Shown here piece by piece: positions 7,580-17,057 of a stretch of DNA of 32,000 bases (its first letter is position 1; each line of letters opens with the position of its first letter). The DNA is from Vibrio vulnificus CMCP6. GTDB lineage: Bacteria > Pseudomonadota > Gammaproteobacteria > Enterobacterales > Vibrionaceae. The stretch is taken from the NCBI RefSeq assembly GCF_000039765.1, contig NC_004459.3, positions 2,361,127 through 2,393,126 on the forward strand, given 5' to 3'. Both the position numbers and the translations under genes were made by a program. Under the pieces are notes generated by a model. It did no database searches. It was not told where the DNA came from and saw only the letters and a program-made list of their open reading frames with translations.

Positions 7580-10432
7580 TTACTGGTTTTGTTCGATCAT
7601 TTGATTGAAGTAATCCACTTGTTCTGCCATTGAAAGGCTTTCAGTATTGGAACCTAAGGTCCAGATAAAGAAGCCGCCATAGCCATTCTGTTTTTGCCAA
7701 CGTGCACGCTCAATGTTGTTTGCGCGGGTTTCCACAAAGCGCCCGTTTGGTCCCCATTGGCTGTTGATGGTCGCCCCAAGGATGATTTTCGACGGATCGC
7801 CTACGTGCTCGGCATAGTTGGCCATTGCCACGTCATATCGGAAGTTTTCCCCCGCGTCATAGGCCATCACATTGAAGAAATCGATGCTCTGTTTGGTGTT
7901 TTGCAACAAAGAGATCACTTCACCGTGATGAATAGAGCGTGCAGGTTCAATAAATGAGCAGTTCTCAAACACCGCTGGGTTTGAACACGCTTCTGGATCC
8001 GCACCGACGTGATAGGTGGTCAGTGAGAGCAGCTTGCTGTCGCCCACTTGAGCACGAATACGTTGAATCAGGTCTTCCAAATTGCGATTCGATTGTTCGG
8101 TCAAACGCGCGGTCGTCTCGTAGTCGAAGTCGATACCATCAATAGAAACGTAACCTGCCAGCTGATACTTGCTGTAGTCACATTGGCCGCTCCAATCGGT
8201 CGCCAAACACTCGCCAACCATCTCTTCCGGTTTCAAATTGCGTTTGTAAACTGGGTAAGGTTGGTTCATCAGTTTCACCAAACTGTTGGCGATATTCTGA
8301 CGGCCTTGCTCGGTCGCCATGTCGTTCCACATGCTTTCGTAGGTCGCGCCGCCAAAGGCCACCATCATCGCTTTGCGCGGTTGGGCATGTTTGAGTTCCG
8401 TCCACGATTGATACGTTGGTGACATCCAATCGGAGTTGTAGCTTGGGGTCAGCATGTCGTCACTGATTTGGATATTGCCGGCGCTGTCCCACTTACCAAA
8501 GGAGAGGAAGTAAGCATCACCCTGAGAGCGTTGAAGCTCTTCGATGTTGGTCAAACCCCAAGAGGTAAGATAGGTGATGCTGCGATCTGGGTTGTCACGC
8601 AAGCCAGTATCGGGCTTGGCTTCTTTGACTTCGATGTGCGAAACCACCGAAGTTTGCTCGTTGCCTTTGGAATCCGTCGCGATTGCATAAAGCTGATGTT
8701 GGCCAAGCTGTGCCCCTAACCACTCATGTTGGTATGGGCTTTGTGTTACCGTCGCAATCAGCAGGTCATCGGCGTAGAAACGCACTTGCGTGACTTCTCC
8801 GACAAAACTCGACGCATCTGCGGTCAACGTGATCGCACGGCCTTGAGTAAAGACCGAACCGTCGCTTGGTGAGGTGAGCCCCACAACCAGTGTTTTATCC
8901 GTGATTGCCAAGGTAATTGGTGATGTTTCGCTGCTCGCGCCTTTGTCGTCATAGGCCATCGCCGTCAATTGGTACAAGCCCTCAGCTTGCCCCGCGATTG
9001 TGAGGCGATAAGTGTCGACACCTTGTTGCCCGTCAGCGGTTGCCACCACTTTTCCATTAAGTAGCACGTCGACTTTTTCGATATCACCGTCTTGGTCAGT
9101 CGCGGTTAACATGACATCGAATGGTTGGTTCGGTGTGAGGCGATCGCCATGCGATGGTGAAAGCAGATCGACTTCTGGCGCGTAATTAGGGTCACATTGA
9201 CCGACTTGATCCCAGGCATCTTTCCAAGCGTCCGGGTAGCTCGGGTGTCCGGTTCCAGGTGCCCATACAGGGTTGCCACACCAACCAAACACTTTACAAG
9301 AGAAAATCTCGCCGACATTGGTGACTTGATCGCCCACTTGGTAATTGACGCCATCTTGATAGCGAGGCACATCGCCACAACTGTTATTGGACTCGGTCAC
9401 CGAGATGTTAACTTGCGCTACGCTTTGTAGCTTTTGTTCATCAACCGCGGTGGCCGACAGCGTCACGCTACCAGCATGGTCAGGCTGCCATTCACATTCG
9501 AAAGGCGTGCTTTCGGCAGGTTCAAATTGGCAAATCTCTACGCCATTGGCATCCAAGGTGACGCTCTTTAAATCGTCATCGGCGTCAAAGGCTTCAACCG
9601 CAATGGCAATACGTTCTGTTTTCTTAAAGCTTTGACCACTTTGTGGTGTCAGGAAGCGCACTTCTGGCGCACTGTACTGGTGATCCGGAATGACGGAAAC
9701 AGACACGCTTTGTGATTCCAACTGTTTACCTGCATGGTCAAATGCCAGCGCGGTGACAGTCTGAATTCCTGTGGTGTTAGGTGTCCAGCTTTGCTGATAT
9801 TCCAGCGTGTTTTGGTCCACTTTTTGCTCGCCAAGTCGACGATTTTCGGCCCAAAATTCCACTTTGTCTGCCGGACCAGAAAGAGAAATGGAGATAGAAG
9901 TCGGCTCTGATACGGTTAGTGTGGCACCTTCAACAGGTGCAAGAATGGTGAGTTCAACTTCAGGGTCCACTGGAGGAAGAGTGCCCCCGTCGCCATTGAA
10001 CTTAATGCTCTGTTCAAATTGGGCCAAATCGTTCAGTTGCCCGTTGTAACCTATGGTCAACTGAAACGATTGATTGGCTTGCAAAGTGGTTTTGACCCAA
10101 TCCCCCTGAGGAAATTGAAACGTCACGATATGCCTTACACCACCTTGGATGGGTTGATGAGTGATGGCGCTGCTTGGGTAAGAAAGGTGCTCTGACGCCC
10201 ATTGAACATCGTTGACCGCACTTGGCAAAACAAACTCGATGTTCGATTCACGCATGTCAATTTGGCTATCACCGGCGTTGCTCACTTGCACACGATAAGT
10301 GCTCCACCATTGGCTTTCTGAAGGCGCTTGCACGCCGATTTGCACCGTTTCTGCCAATGCCGCAGAGATTGGATTCAATGCGAACCCAACCGTGAGCATC
10401 AAGCTGGCGAGTGTTGTGGTTTTTCTGTACAT
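7580..10432 (-). CDS. Secreted multidomain chitinase: signal peptide, N-terminal domain, Ig-like repeats, CBM5/12-like domain, GH18 catalytic domain at C-terminus
   Basis: GH18 signature DGIDFDYE (DxxDxDxE, nt 8117-8140), W/Y-rich CBM5/12-like module (YQDGVNYQVGDQVTNVGEIFSCKVFGWCGNPVWAPG.. W..AW), tandem APEVxLLxPxxG-type Ig-like repeats, N-terminal signal peptide. Confidence 0.93.
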   Translation of the reverse strand: MYRKTTTLASLMLTVGFALNPISAALAETVQIGVQAPSESQWWSTYRVQVSNAGDSQIDMRESNIEFVLPSAVNDVQWASEHLSYPSSAITHQPIQGGVRHIVTFQFPQGDWVKTTLQANQSFQLTIGYNGQLNDLAQFEQSIKFNGDGGTLPPVDPEVELTILAPVEGATLTVSEPTSISISLSGPADKVEFWAENRRLGEQKVDQNTLEYQQSWTPNTTGIQTVTALAFDHAGKQLESQSVSVSVIPDHQYSAPEVRFLTPQSGQSFKKTERIAIAVEAFDADDDLKSVTLDANGVEICQFEPAESTPFECEWQPDHAGSVTLSATAVDEQKLQSVAQVNISVTESNNSCGDVPRYQDGVNYQVGDQVTNVGEIFSCKVFGWCGNPVWAPGTGHPSYPDAWKDAWDQVGQCDPNYAPEVDLLSPSHGDRLTPNQPFDVMLTATDQDGDIEKVDVLLNGKVVATADGQQGVDTYRLTIAGQAEGLYQLTAMAYDDKGASSETSPITLAITDKTLVVGLTSPSDGSVFTQGRAITLTADASSFVGEVTQVRFYADDLLIATVTQSPYQHEWLGAQLGQHQLYAIATDSKGNEQTSVVSHIEVKEAKPDTGLRDNPDRSITYLTSWGLTNIEELQRSQGDAYFLSFGKWDSAGNIQISDDMLTPSYNSDWMSPTYQSWTELKHAQPRKAMMVAFGGATYESMWNDMATEQGRQNIANSLVKLMNQPYPVYKRNLKPEEMVGECLATDWSGQCDYSKYQLAGYVSIDGIDFDYETTARLTEQSNRNLEDLIQRIRAQVGDSKLLSLTTYHVGADPEACSNPAVFENCSFIEPARSIHHGEVISLLQNTKQSIDFFNVMAYDAGENFRYDVAMANYAEHVGDPSKIILGATINSQWGPNGRFVETRANNIERARWQKQNGYGGFFIWTLGSNTESLSMAEQVDYFNQMIEQNQ

Positions 10433-10770
10433 GGTTTTTCCCTATTGTTTCACTTTCCAATGAGCTTGGTTTCGAAGGAAATAGTACTTCGAGATAAAAC
10501 AATTTGATTGAAGGAAAATTCTTACAAATTAGTGGTTTGGCTTGTAAATTGACAACGAATTTGCAAATTCTGGTGGAATGTCACAATTGCATCTTATGCT
10601 CAGATAGAGACAAGAAAGGTCCGTTTTCTATTGGTGTTTATCGAAGTTGTTGATGTTATTGATTTGATAAATTAATAAAGCGAAAGGAGGCGAGATGCGC
10701 ACTTCGCGCGGCCAGCCTCGGTGTGATACAATCCGCGCAGTTTTATCCCATGAAATGAATAGGAAATGCT

Positions 10771-13700
10771 TTGACTTCGTCACAGCCAAATACAGAATCC
10801 CATGCTTCTGAGCAAAAGGCTCAAGCAAACAGCGCCGCGTCATTACGCAAGGCGCTCAGTCAGTGTTTGATCAAAGATCGCTTTCGCCTGAGTAAGCGCA
10901 TTGCAGGTGCCAGTAAAATTAATAAAGAATCGGCACGCAACGCGGTGTTTGATGAGATCGCACTGGACATCGCCAAATCCATGATGGAAGTGGAACAGCG
11001 CAGCCGCTATCAACCGAAAATTGAGTACCCAGAAATCCTGCCTGTTAGTCAGAAGAAAGATGACATTGCAGACGCCATTGCTCATCACCAAGTGGTGATT
11101 GTGGCGGGTGAAACGGGCTCAGGTAAAACCACGCAGCTACCAAAAATCTGCGCCGAATTAGGCCGTGGTAAGTTTGGTTTGATTGGCCATACTCAGCCAC
11201 GCCGCTTAGCGGCACGCTCGGTGGCCAATCGCATTGCCGAAGAGATGGAAACGCAACTGGGGGATTTCGTCGGTTACAAAGTTCGATTTAACGATCAAAT
11301 CTCCGAAAATACCCAAATTAAATTGATGACAGACGGTATCTTGCTGGCCGAGATCCAACACGACCGTTTCCTTAATCAATATGACACCATCATCATCGAT
11401 GAAGCGCACGAGCGCAGCCTGAATATCGATTTTATCTTGGGTTATTTGAAAGAGTTGCTGCCACGTCGTCCTGATCTGAAAGTCATCATCACGTCGGCAA
11501 CCATTGACCCAGAGCGATTCTCCAACCACTTTGGCGGCGCGCCGATCATTGAAGTGTCGGGACGGACTTATCCTGTGGAAACGCGCTACCGTCCGTTAGG
11601 TGGCGAAACCGAAGACGATCGTGACCAACTTGAAGGCATCTTTGACGCGGTTGACGAGCTGTGCGACGAAGGCTTGGGCGACATTCTTATCTTCATGAAT
11701 GGTGAGCGTGAAATTCGCGATACCGCAGATGCGCTGGCCAAACGTAAGCTCAAAGATACTGAGATTGTGCCGCTTTACGCGCGTCTTTCTGCGGGCGAGC
11801 AAAATAAAATCTTCCAGCCGCATACTGGCCGCCGCATTGTCTTAGCGACCAACGTTGCTGAAACCTCGTTAACCGTGCCGGGCATCAAGTACGTGATTGA
11901 CCCTGGTACCGCGCGTATTAGCCGTTACAGCTATCGCACCAAAGTACAGCGACTGCCCATTGAGCCGGTTTCTCAAGCCAGTGCCAACCAGCGAAAAGGT
12001 CGTTGTGGTCGTGTGCAAGAAGGTATCTGTATTCGTCTCTACTCTGAGGACGATTTCAATTCGCGTCCTGAGTTTACCGATCCTGAAATTCTGCGCACCA
12101 ACTTAGCGTCGGTTATCTTACAGATGACCGCGTTGGGCCTTGGCGATATTGAAGCATTCCCATTTGTTGAAGCGCCAGATAAACGCAATATTCTTGATGG
12201 TGTACGCTTGCTTGAAGAGTTGGGTGCCATCAACAGCAACGCCAAAGATCCGAAAAAACGCCTCACCGCGGTGGGCAAGCAGTTGGCTCGTTTGCCAATT
12301 GACCCTCGCTTAGCGCGCATGGTGTTGGAAGCGCCAAGATTTGGTTGTTTGAAAGAAGTCATGATCATTGCAGCGGCCTTGTCGATTCAAGACCCGCGTG
12401 AGCGACCTTCAGACAAACAGCAATCGGCAGATGATAAGCATCGTCGCTTCTACCATGAAGATTCTGATTTCCTCACCTTTGTGAATTTGTGGAATCACAT
12501 TCAGAAGCAACAAAAAGCCTTGTCGGGCAACCAGTTCCGTCGTCAGTGCAAAGACGATTACCTCAACTACTTGCGTGTGCGTGAGTGGCAAGATGTTTAC
12601 TTCCAAATCCATCAATCGATGCGTGAGATGGAGTTCAAGCTCAATAGTGAACCCGGTTCTTACGATGCGGTGCACAGCGCGATTTTGACTGGCCTGTTAT
12701 CGCATATTGGGATGAAAGATCAGGAGAAAAATGAGTATCACGGCGCACGCAATGCCCGTTTCCATATTTTCCCTGGCTCTGGTCTGTTTAAGAAACAGCC
12801 AAAGTGGGTGATGTCGGCAGAGCTGGTCGAAACCTCGAAACTGTGGGGCCGAATTATTGCCAAGATTCAACCAGAATGGATTGAACCACTGGCGAAGCAT
12901 TTGATTAAGCGTAGCCACAGCGAACCGCATTGGTCGAAGAAGCAAGCGGCCGTGATGGCGTACGAAAAAGTGATGCTCTATGGCATTCCGATTGTGCCTA
13001 AGCGCTTGGTGAATTATGGCAATATCGATGCGTCAGTGAGCCGTGAGATCTTCATTCGCAGTGCGCTGGTGGAAGGGGATTGGGAAACCAAACACGCGTT
13101 CTTCAAACAAAACCGTAAATTGCTGCTCGAAGTGGAAGAGCTGGAGCACAAATCTCGTCGTCGCGATATTTTGGTCGACGACGAAGAGCTGTTCCAATTT
13201 TACGATCAACGCGTCGGTACGGAAGTGGTCTCTGGACGCCATTTCGACACCTGGTGGAAGCAAGCATCGAAGAAAGAGCCTGAGCTGCTGAACTTTGAAA
13301 AAGAGATGCTGTTCAAAGGCGATGCAAGCCACGTGACGGATTTGGATTACCCGAATTTCTGGCATCAGAATGGCTTGAAACTCAAGTTGAGCTACCAGTT
13401 TGAGCCGGGTGACGACAGCGACGGCGTCACGGTGCACATTCCATTGCCGATTTTGAACCAAATTGATCCGGCGGGCTTCGATTGGCAAATCCCGGGCTTG
13501 CGTCATGAATTGGTGGTGAGCTTGATTAAGTCGCTACCGAAGACGCTGCGCAAAAACTTTGTGCCTGCGCCAAATTATGCCGATGCATTCCTATCTCGCG
13601 TTACTGCAATGGAAATGCCGTTGCTCGATGCTTTAGAGAAAGAGCTACGCCGCATGACCGGGGCGACGGTGCTGCGTGAAGATTGGAAACTGGATCAAGT

Positions 13701-14703
13701 TCCTGACCATCTGAAAGTGACTTTCCGTGCGGTTGATGAAAGAAATCGTAAACTGAAAGAGCACAAAGATCTTCATGAGTTAAAAGAAAGCCTAAAAGAG
13801 AAGGTGCAAGAAACCTTATCGAAAGTGGCGGATGACGACATCGAGCAACAAGGCTTACATACATGGAGCTTTGGCGAGTTGCCACAGGTATATCAGCAGA
13901 AACGTGGCGGTTATCAGGTTAAGGCGTTCCCTGCGCTGGTTGACAACAAAGACAGCGTAGAAATCAAGCTCTACGAAACCGAGCAAGAGCAGATCAGTGC
14001 AATGAAAGCCGGTCAACGCCGTTTGATCTTGTTGAATGTGCCATCGCCGATTAAGTATCTGCATGCGAACTTGCCGAACAAATCGAAGCTGGGCCTGTAC
14101 TTTAACCCGTATGGCAAAGTGCTTGATTTGATCGACGACTGCATTGCTTGTGGCGTTGACAAGCTGATTGAAGAGCAGGGCGGCTTAGTTTGGGAGCCAG
14201 AAAAATTTGAAGCGTTGAAGGAACACGTGCGCGCAGAATTGGGCGACACGGTGGTGGATATCGCCAAGCAAGTGGAAACGATTTTGACCACGGCCTTCAA
14301 CATCAACAAAAAGCTCAAAGGTAAGATTGATTTCACCATGGCATTTGCTCTGTCGGACATCAAAGCGCAAATCGAAGGTCTGATCTTCAAAGGCTTTGCC
14401 ACGGAATGTGGTTGGAAACGACTGCCAGACATCTTGCGTTACATGAAAGCGATTGAGCGTCGAATGGAAAAACTGCCTATCGACCCGAACAAAGATCGCT
14501 TACATATGTTGAAGATTGAGTCGGTAGTCAAAGACTACAAAGAGCTATTGAACAAGATTCCGAAAGGATTAGCGGTACCGGAAAATGTGAAAGAGATTCG
14601 TTGGATGATCGAGGAGCTGCGAGTCAGTTTCTTCGCTCAGCAGCTCGGAACACCTTATCCGGTCTCCGATAAACGAGTAAAAAACGCTATAGAAGCTTGC
14701 TAA
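10771..14703 (+). CDS. hrpA: ATP-dependent DEAH-box RNA helicase HrpA (TTG start likely)
   Basis: GETGSGKTTQLPKI (Walker A), IIIDEAHERSL (DEAH), SAT motif, QRKGRCGR motif VI; about 1310 aa, length and C-terminal sequence fit HrpA. In-frame upstream ATG at 10750 is closed by TGA at 10756. Confidence 0.96.
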   Translation: MTSSQPNTESHASEQKAQANSAASLRKALSQCLIKDRFRLSKRIAGASKINKESARNAVFDEIALDIAKSMMEVEQRSRYQPKIEYPEILPVSQKKDDIADAIAHHQVVIVAGETGSGKTTQLPKICAELGRGKFGLIGHTQPRRLAARSVANRIAEEMETQLGDFVGYKVRFNDQISENTQIKLMTDGILLAEIQHDRFLNQYDTIIIDEAHERSLNIDFILGYLKELLPRRPDLKVIITSATIDPERFSNHFGGAPIIEVSGRTYPVETRYRPLGGETEDDRDQLEGIFDAVDELCDEGLGDILIFMNGEREIRDTADALAKRKLKDTEIVPLYARLSAGEQNKIFQPHTGRRIVLATNVAETSLTVPGIKYVIDPGTARISRYSYRTKVQRLPIEPVSQASANQRKGRCGRVQEGICIRLYSEDDFNSRPEFTDPEILRTNLASVILQMTALGLGDIEAFPFVEAPDKRNILDGVRLLEELGAINSNAKDPKKRLTAVGKQLARLPIDPRLARMVLEAPRFGCLKEVMIIAAALSIQDPRERPSDKQQSADDKHRRFYHEDSDFLTFVNLWNHIQKQQKALSGNQFRRQCKDDYLNYLRVREWQDVYFQIHQSMREMEFKLNSEPGSYDAVHSAILTGLLSHIGMKDQEKNEYHGARNARFHIFPGSGLFKKQPKWVMSAELVETSKLWGRIIAKIQPEWIEPLAKHLIKRSHSEPHWSKKQAAVMAYEKVMLYGIPIVPKRLVNYGNIDASVSREIFIRSALVEGDWETKHAFFKQNRKLLLEVEELEHKSRRRDILVDDEELFQFYDQRVGTEVVSGRHFDTWWKQASKKEPELLNFEKEMLFKGDASHVTDLDYPNFWHQNGLKLKLSYQFEPGDDSDGVTVHIPLPILNQIDPAGFDWQIPGLRHELVVSLIKSLPKTLRKNFVPAPNYADAFLSRVTAMEMPLLDALEKELRRMTGATVLREDWKLDQVPDHLKVTFRAVDERNRKLKEHKDLHELKESLKEKVQETLSKVADDDIEQQGLHTWSFGELPQVYQQKRGGYQVKAFPALVDNKDSVEIKLYETEQEQISAMKAGQRRLILLNVPSPIKYLHANLPNKSKLGLYFNPYGKVLDLIDDCIACGVDKLIEEQGGLVWEPEKFEALKEHVRAELGDTVVDIAKQVETILTTAFNINKKLKGKIDFTMAFALSDIKAQIEGLIFKGFATECGWKRLPDILRYMKAIERRMEKLPIDPNKDRLHMLKIESVVKDYKELLNKIPKGLAVPENVKEIRWMIEELRVSFFAQQLGTPYPVSDKRVKNAIEAC

Positions 14704-14766
14704 TACGTTGTTTACTGTAGGCATATAATTTGCATACGCTATAATAACGGATATTGATATGTCGGT

Positions 14767-14790
14767 CAGGTGGCAAAACCATGCCACCTG
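14767..14790. promoter_or_regulatory. Inverted repeat in the hrpA/outer-membrane protein intergenic region
   Basis: CAGGTGGCA-AAACCA-TGCCACCTG, 9-bp perfect arms, no T-tract following. Confidence 0.6.
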
Positions 14791-14823
14791 AATGACTGAC
14801 TAGTAAACAAGAGAAGGTTAACA

Positions 14824-15321
14824 ATGAAAAAGACTCTTTTAGCACTAGCGCTTATCGGCGCGTCATCAACTGCGATGGCAGATTCATGGATTTACGGCGG
14901 TGCGAGTGTAGGTCAGTCTGACTACAAAGGCGAAAGCGACACGTCTTACTCACTGCATGTAGGTACAGGTATTCTACCTATCATCGGTATTGAAGGTGGT
15001 ATCACTCAACACGGTACATTTGGTATTGATTACTCAGGCACTAAGCGTGACACCAAGTTGAGCTCTTACTACGCGGCGCTAAAACCAAGCATCGATTTTG
15101 GCCCACTGCACATTTGGGCAAAAGGTGGTCTGCACTCATGGGACAAAGAAGTGACTGGTCTTTCTTCTTCCAATGATGACGGCGTAGATATCATGTACGG
15201 TGTGGGCGCTGAATACTTTATCTTTGGTCCACTTTCTGTCGGCGCAAGCTACATGAACTACACCATGGACAAAGATGACGTGGGTACTTTCTCACTGAAC
15301 GCGACGCTACACTTCCTATAA
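14824..15321 (+). CDS. Small outer-membrane beta-barrel protein (AcfA/OmpA-like barrel fold)
   Basis: Signal peptide (MKKTLLALALIGASSTAMADS), alternating amphipathic strands, C-terminal FSLNATLHFL ending in an aromatic-containing beta-signal-like segment; SD GAGAAGG. Confidence 0.7.
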   Translation: MKKTLLALALIGASSTAMADSWIYGGASVGQSDYKGESDTSYSLHVGTGILPIIGIEGGITQHGTFGIDYSGTKRDTKLSSYYAALKPSIDFGPLHIWAKGGLHSWDKEVTGLSSSNDDGVDIMYGVGAEYFIFGPLSVGASYMNYTMDKDDVGTFSLNATLHFL

Positions 15322-15342
15322 GCTGACGCGAAATTGTTCCTA

Positions 15343-15368
15343 TAAACCGCTACCTTGTTAGCGGTTTA
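15343..15368. terminator. Bidirectional rho-independent terminator between convergent genes
   Basis: TAAACCGCTA-CCTTGT-TAGCGGTTTA, perfect 10-bp stem, followed by TTTTTAT on plus; overlaps the stop codon of the minus-strand gene. Confidence 0.8.
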
Positions 15369-15810
15369 TTTTTATCCCCACTTTCTCAAAACGTGCTTCC
15401 ACCGACGGTTGTTCTTGGTGATACCACTCCCTAGGCATGGCGTTTTCTAGCCCCGCTTCTTTCAGACTTGCTTGTTCATCTTTGGTGATCACCGCGTAGT
15501 GCAGCCATTGCTCAAACAGCGATGTCAGTGATAGCAAAGAGATCTGCTCATGGTCTTTCCAGTAGGCTTTCAGCAAACCGACGATGCTCTGCTCAGGCAC
15601 GAGTGGCTCAATGACACATTGCTTGGTGGTGATAACCGAAGACGAACGAGGCAACTTTTCTCTTGCTAAGAGCCAATCAGGCTTGCCTTGACGCGTGAGC
15701 AACTGGTGCTGATAGCAATAATAAGGGAAAAGGAAGCGCTCGATGGCGTGCCAACGTTCAGCTTTCACTTCTAACAAGATGTGCTGCAGTTCTAGATGGG
15801 TGTCGTACAT
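15358..15810 (-). CDS. Hypothetical protein (150 aa)
   Basis: Intact ORF in the gene-dense layout, convergent with the outer-membrane protein gene and terminated by a shared hairpin; no family recognised. Confidence 0.65.
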   Translation of the reverse strand: MYDTHLELQHILLEVKAERWHAIERFLFPYYCYQHQLLTRQGKPDWLLAREKLPRSSSVITTKQCVIEPLVPEQSIVGLLKAYWKDHEQISLLSLTSLFEQWLHYAVITKDEQASLKEAGLENAMPREWYHQEQPSVEARFEKVGIKINR

Positions 15811-16023
15811 AAATGCGATGTGGCTTTACAGTAAACTCGAATCGGATGGGCTTATTGTAACGCAGTTCTGCGTGAAAGCGTGGTTTGGCGGAGTAAGCAA
15901 GTGAATCAATTCGCGTTATTCTGGTTGGCTTATGAGGCCATAAAATATCAGAATCGGGATTGTCTTGATATCAAAAGGGTTTTCTATAATCATCTTTTTA
16001 TAAAGCTAACTAGATGAAAAACA

Positions 16024-16422
16024 ATGAAAATAACACATACCATTTACATCCATTCTGCATTTTTAACCTTTATTGTAGTGGTCATGCTTTTTTCTTCGGT
16101 GGTTTGGGCAAACGACACTTGGTCTGATCCTATGGAGGAGAGCATGCTTAATAAGTACATCATGGGGCGTGTCTTTGTAGAGCAATATCCGCAGCAAGAG
16201 ACAATGCGTTGCCATTCTTGCCTAGAACAAAGTGTGATTGAGTTTGATACCCAAACCCGCACGGCACTTTACTCCCATCCCGGTGGGGAAGAAGGCTACA
16301 CCAGCATCTATAAATACGAAGATCACACCATTCGTCTCAACGGCTTATTGCTGCACATCAAGTTACAAGAAGACAGAGTTGCATTAGAGACCGAGAGTGG
16401 CGTAGTGTTTCTCTCCAATTAG
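16024..16422 (+). CDS. Hypothetical exported/membrane-anchored small protein with a CxxC motif
   Basis: N-terminal hydrophobic signal (IHSAFLTFIVVVMLFSSVVWAND), CHSC motif; no strong SD seen. Confidence 0.6.
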   Translation: MKITHTIYIHSAFLTFIVVVMLFSSVVWANDTWSDPMEESMLNKYIMGRVFVEQYPQQETMRCHSCLEQSVIEFDTQTRTALYSHPGGEEGYTSIYKYEDHTIRLNGLLLHIKLQEDRVALETESGVVFLSN

Positions 16423-16465
16423 AACTTTGGCGTCAAAAGCTGGTTTTGCCATTCATGGAGGGAAG

Positions 16466-16927
16466 ATGGCGGAGTACAAAGCGAAAATAGTGTGGCAGCG
16501 TCAGGCGAGCGAAGTGTTCTCAGACAATCAATACAGCCGAGGTCACATGTGGGAATTTGATGGTGGTGTGCAGGTACCTGCATCGGCATCGCCACATGTG
16601 GTGCCACTGCCGCTTTCTGTGGCGGAAAATGTGGATCCTGAAGAAGCGTTTGTTGCTGCTCTTGCAAGCTGTCACATGCTAACGTTCCTCGGTATCGCAG
16701 CGAAACAGCGCTACGTGATTGACGAATACATCGACGACGCTGTTGGAATCATGGAAGAGAATGAGCAGGGCAGAATGTGGGTGGCCAAAGTGGTTTTGCG
16801 ACCGACCATCCGTTTTTCCGGTGACAAGCAGCCTGATCGACACGCTTTGGAAAAACTGCATCATTTAGCACACCAGCACTGCTTTATTGCGAACTCCGTG
16901 AAGAGTGAAGTGGTTACCGAAATTTAG
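16466..16927 (+). CDS. OsmC family peroxiredoxin-like protein
   Basis: MAEYKAKIVWQRQ.. PEEAFVAALASCHMLTFLGIA (conserved Cys in SxCHxL) ; ATG 16466 preceded by GGAGGGAAG. The 16427 start in the track looks too long. Confidence 0.85.
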   Translation: MAEYKAKIVWQRQASEVFSDNQYSRGHMWEFDGGVQVPASASPHVVPLPLSVAENVDPEEAFVAALASCHMLTFLGIAAKQRYVIDEYIDDAVGIMEENEQGRMWVAKVVLRPTIRFSGDKQPDRHALEKLHHLAHQHCFIANSVKSEVVTEI

Positions 16928-17057
16928 TAAAAGCTAATAAAAACAAAACCTTACTTTATGCGGTATCGTGCAATGTTCACCATTCTTGTTGAACTGCAAG
17001 ATATGCTCACGAATGTTAAATTAATGTTACTCATTAATGCCGCTTTCGCTGAATTTC

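Noticed and set aside
8048-9635. Multiple short ORFs on both strands within the chitinase gene
   Set aside because: Embedded in a well-supported 950-aa secreted enzyme; no family motifs.
10628-10843. Minus-strand 71-aa ORF between chitinase and hrpA
   Set aside because: Overlaps the hrpA start and contains no recognisable domain; the plus-strand 38-codon ORF with AAAGGAGG has better start-site evidence.
12039-13506. Long antisense ORFs inside hrpA (e.g. 12039-12368, 13033-13506 on minus)
   Set aside because: They lie fully opposite a strongly supported coding region, have low-complexity or unremarkable composition and no SD/promoter context; typical shadow ORFs of codon bias.
15960-15990. 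Sigma-70 promoter upstream of the 16024 gene (TATAAT at 15985-15990)
   Set aside because: A perfect -10 hexamer exists, but the possible -35 elements (TTGTCT with 19-bp or TTGATA with 14-bp spacing) are poorly spaced, so it is not listed as a feature.
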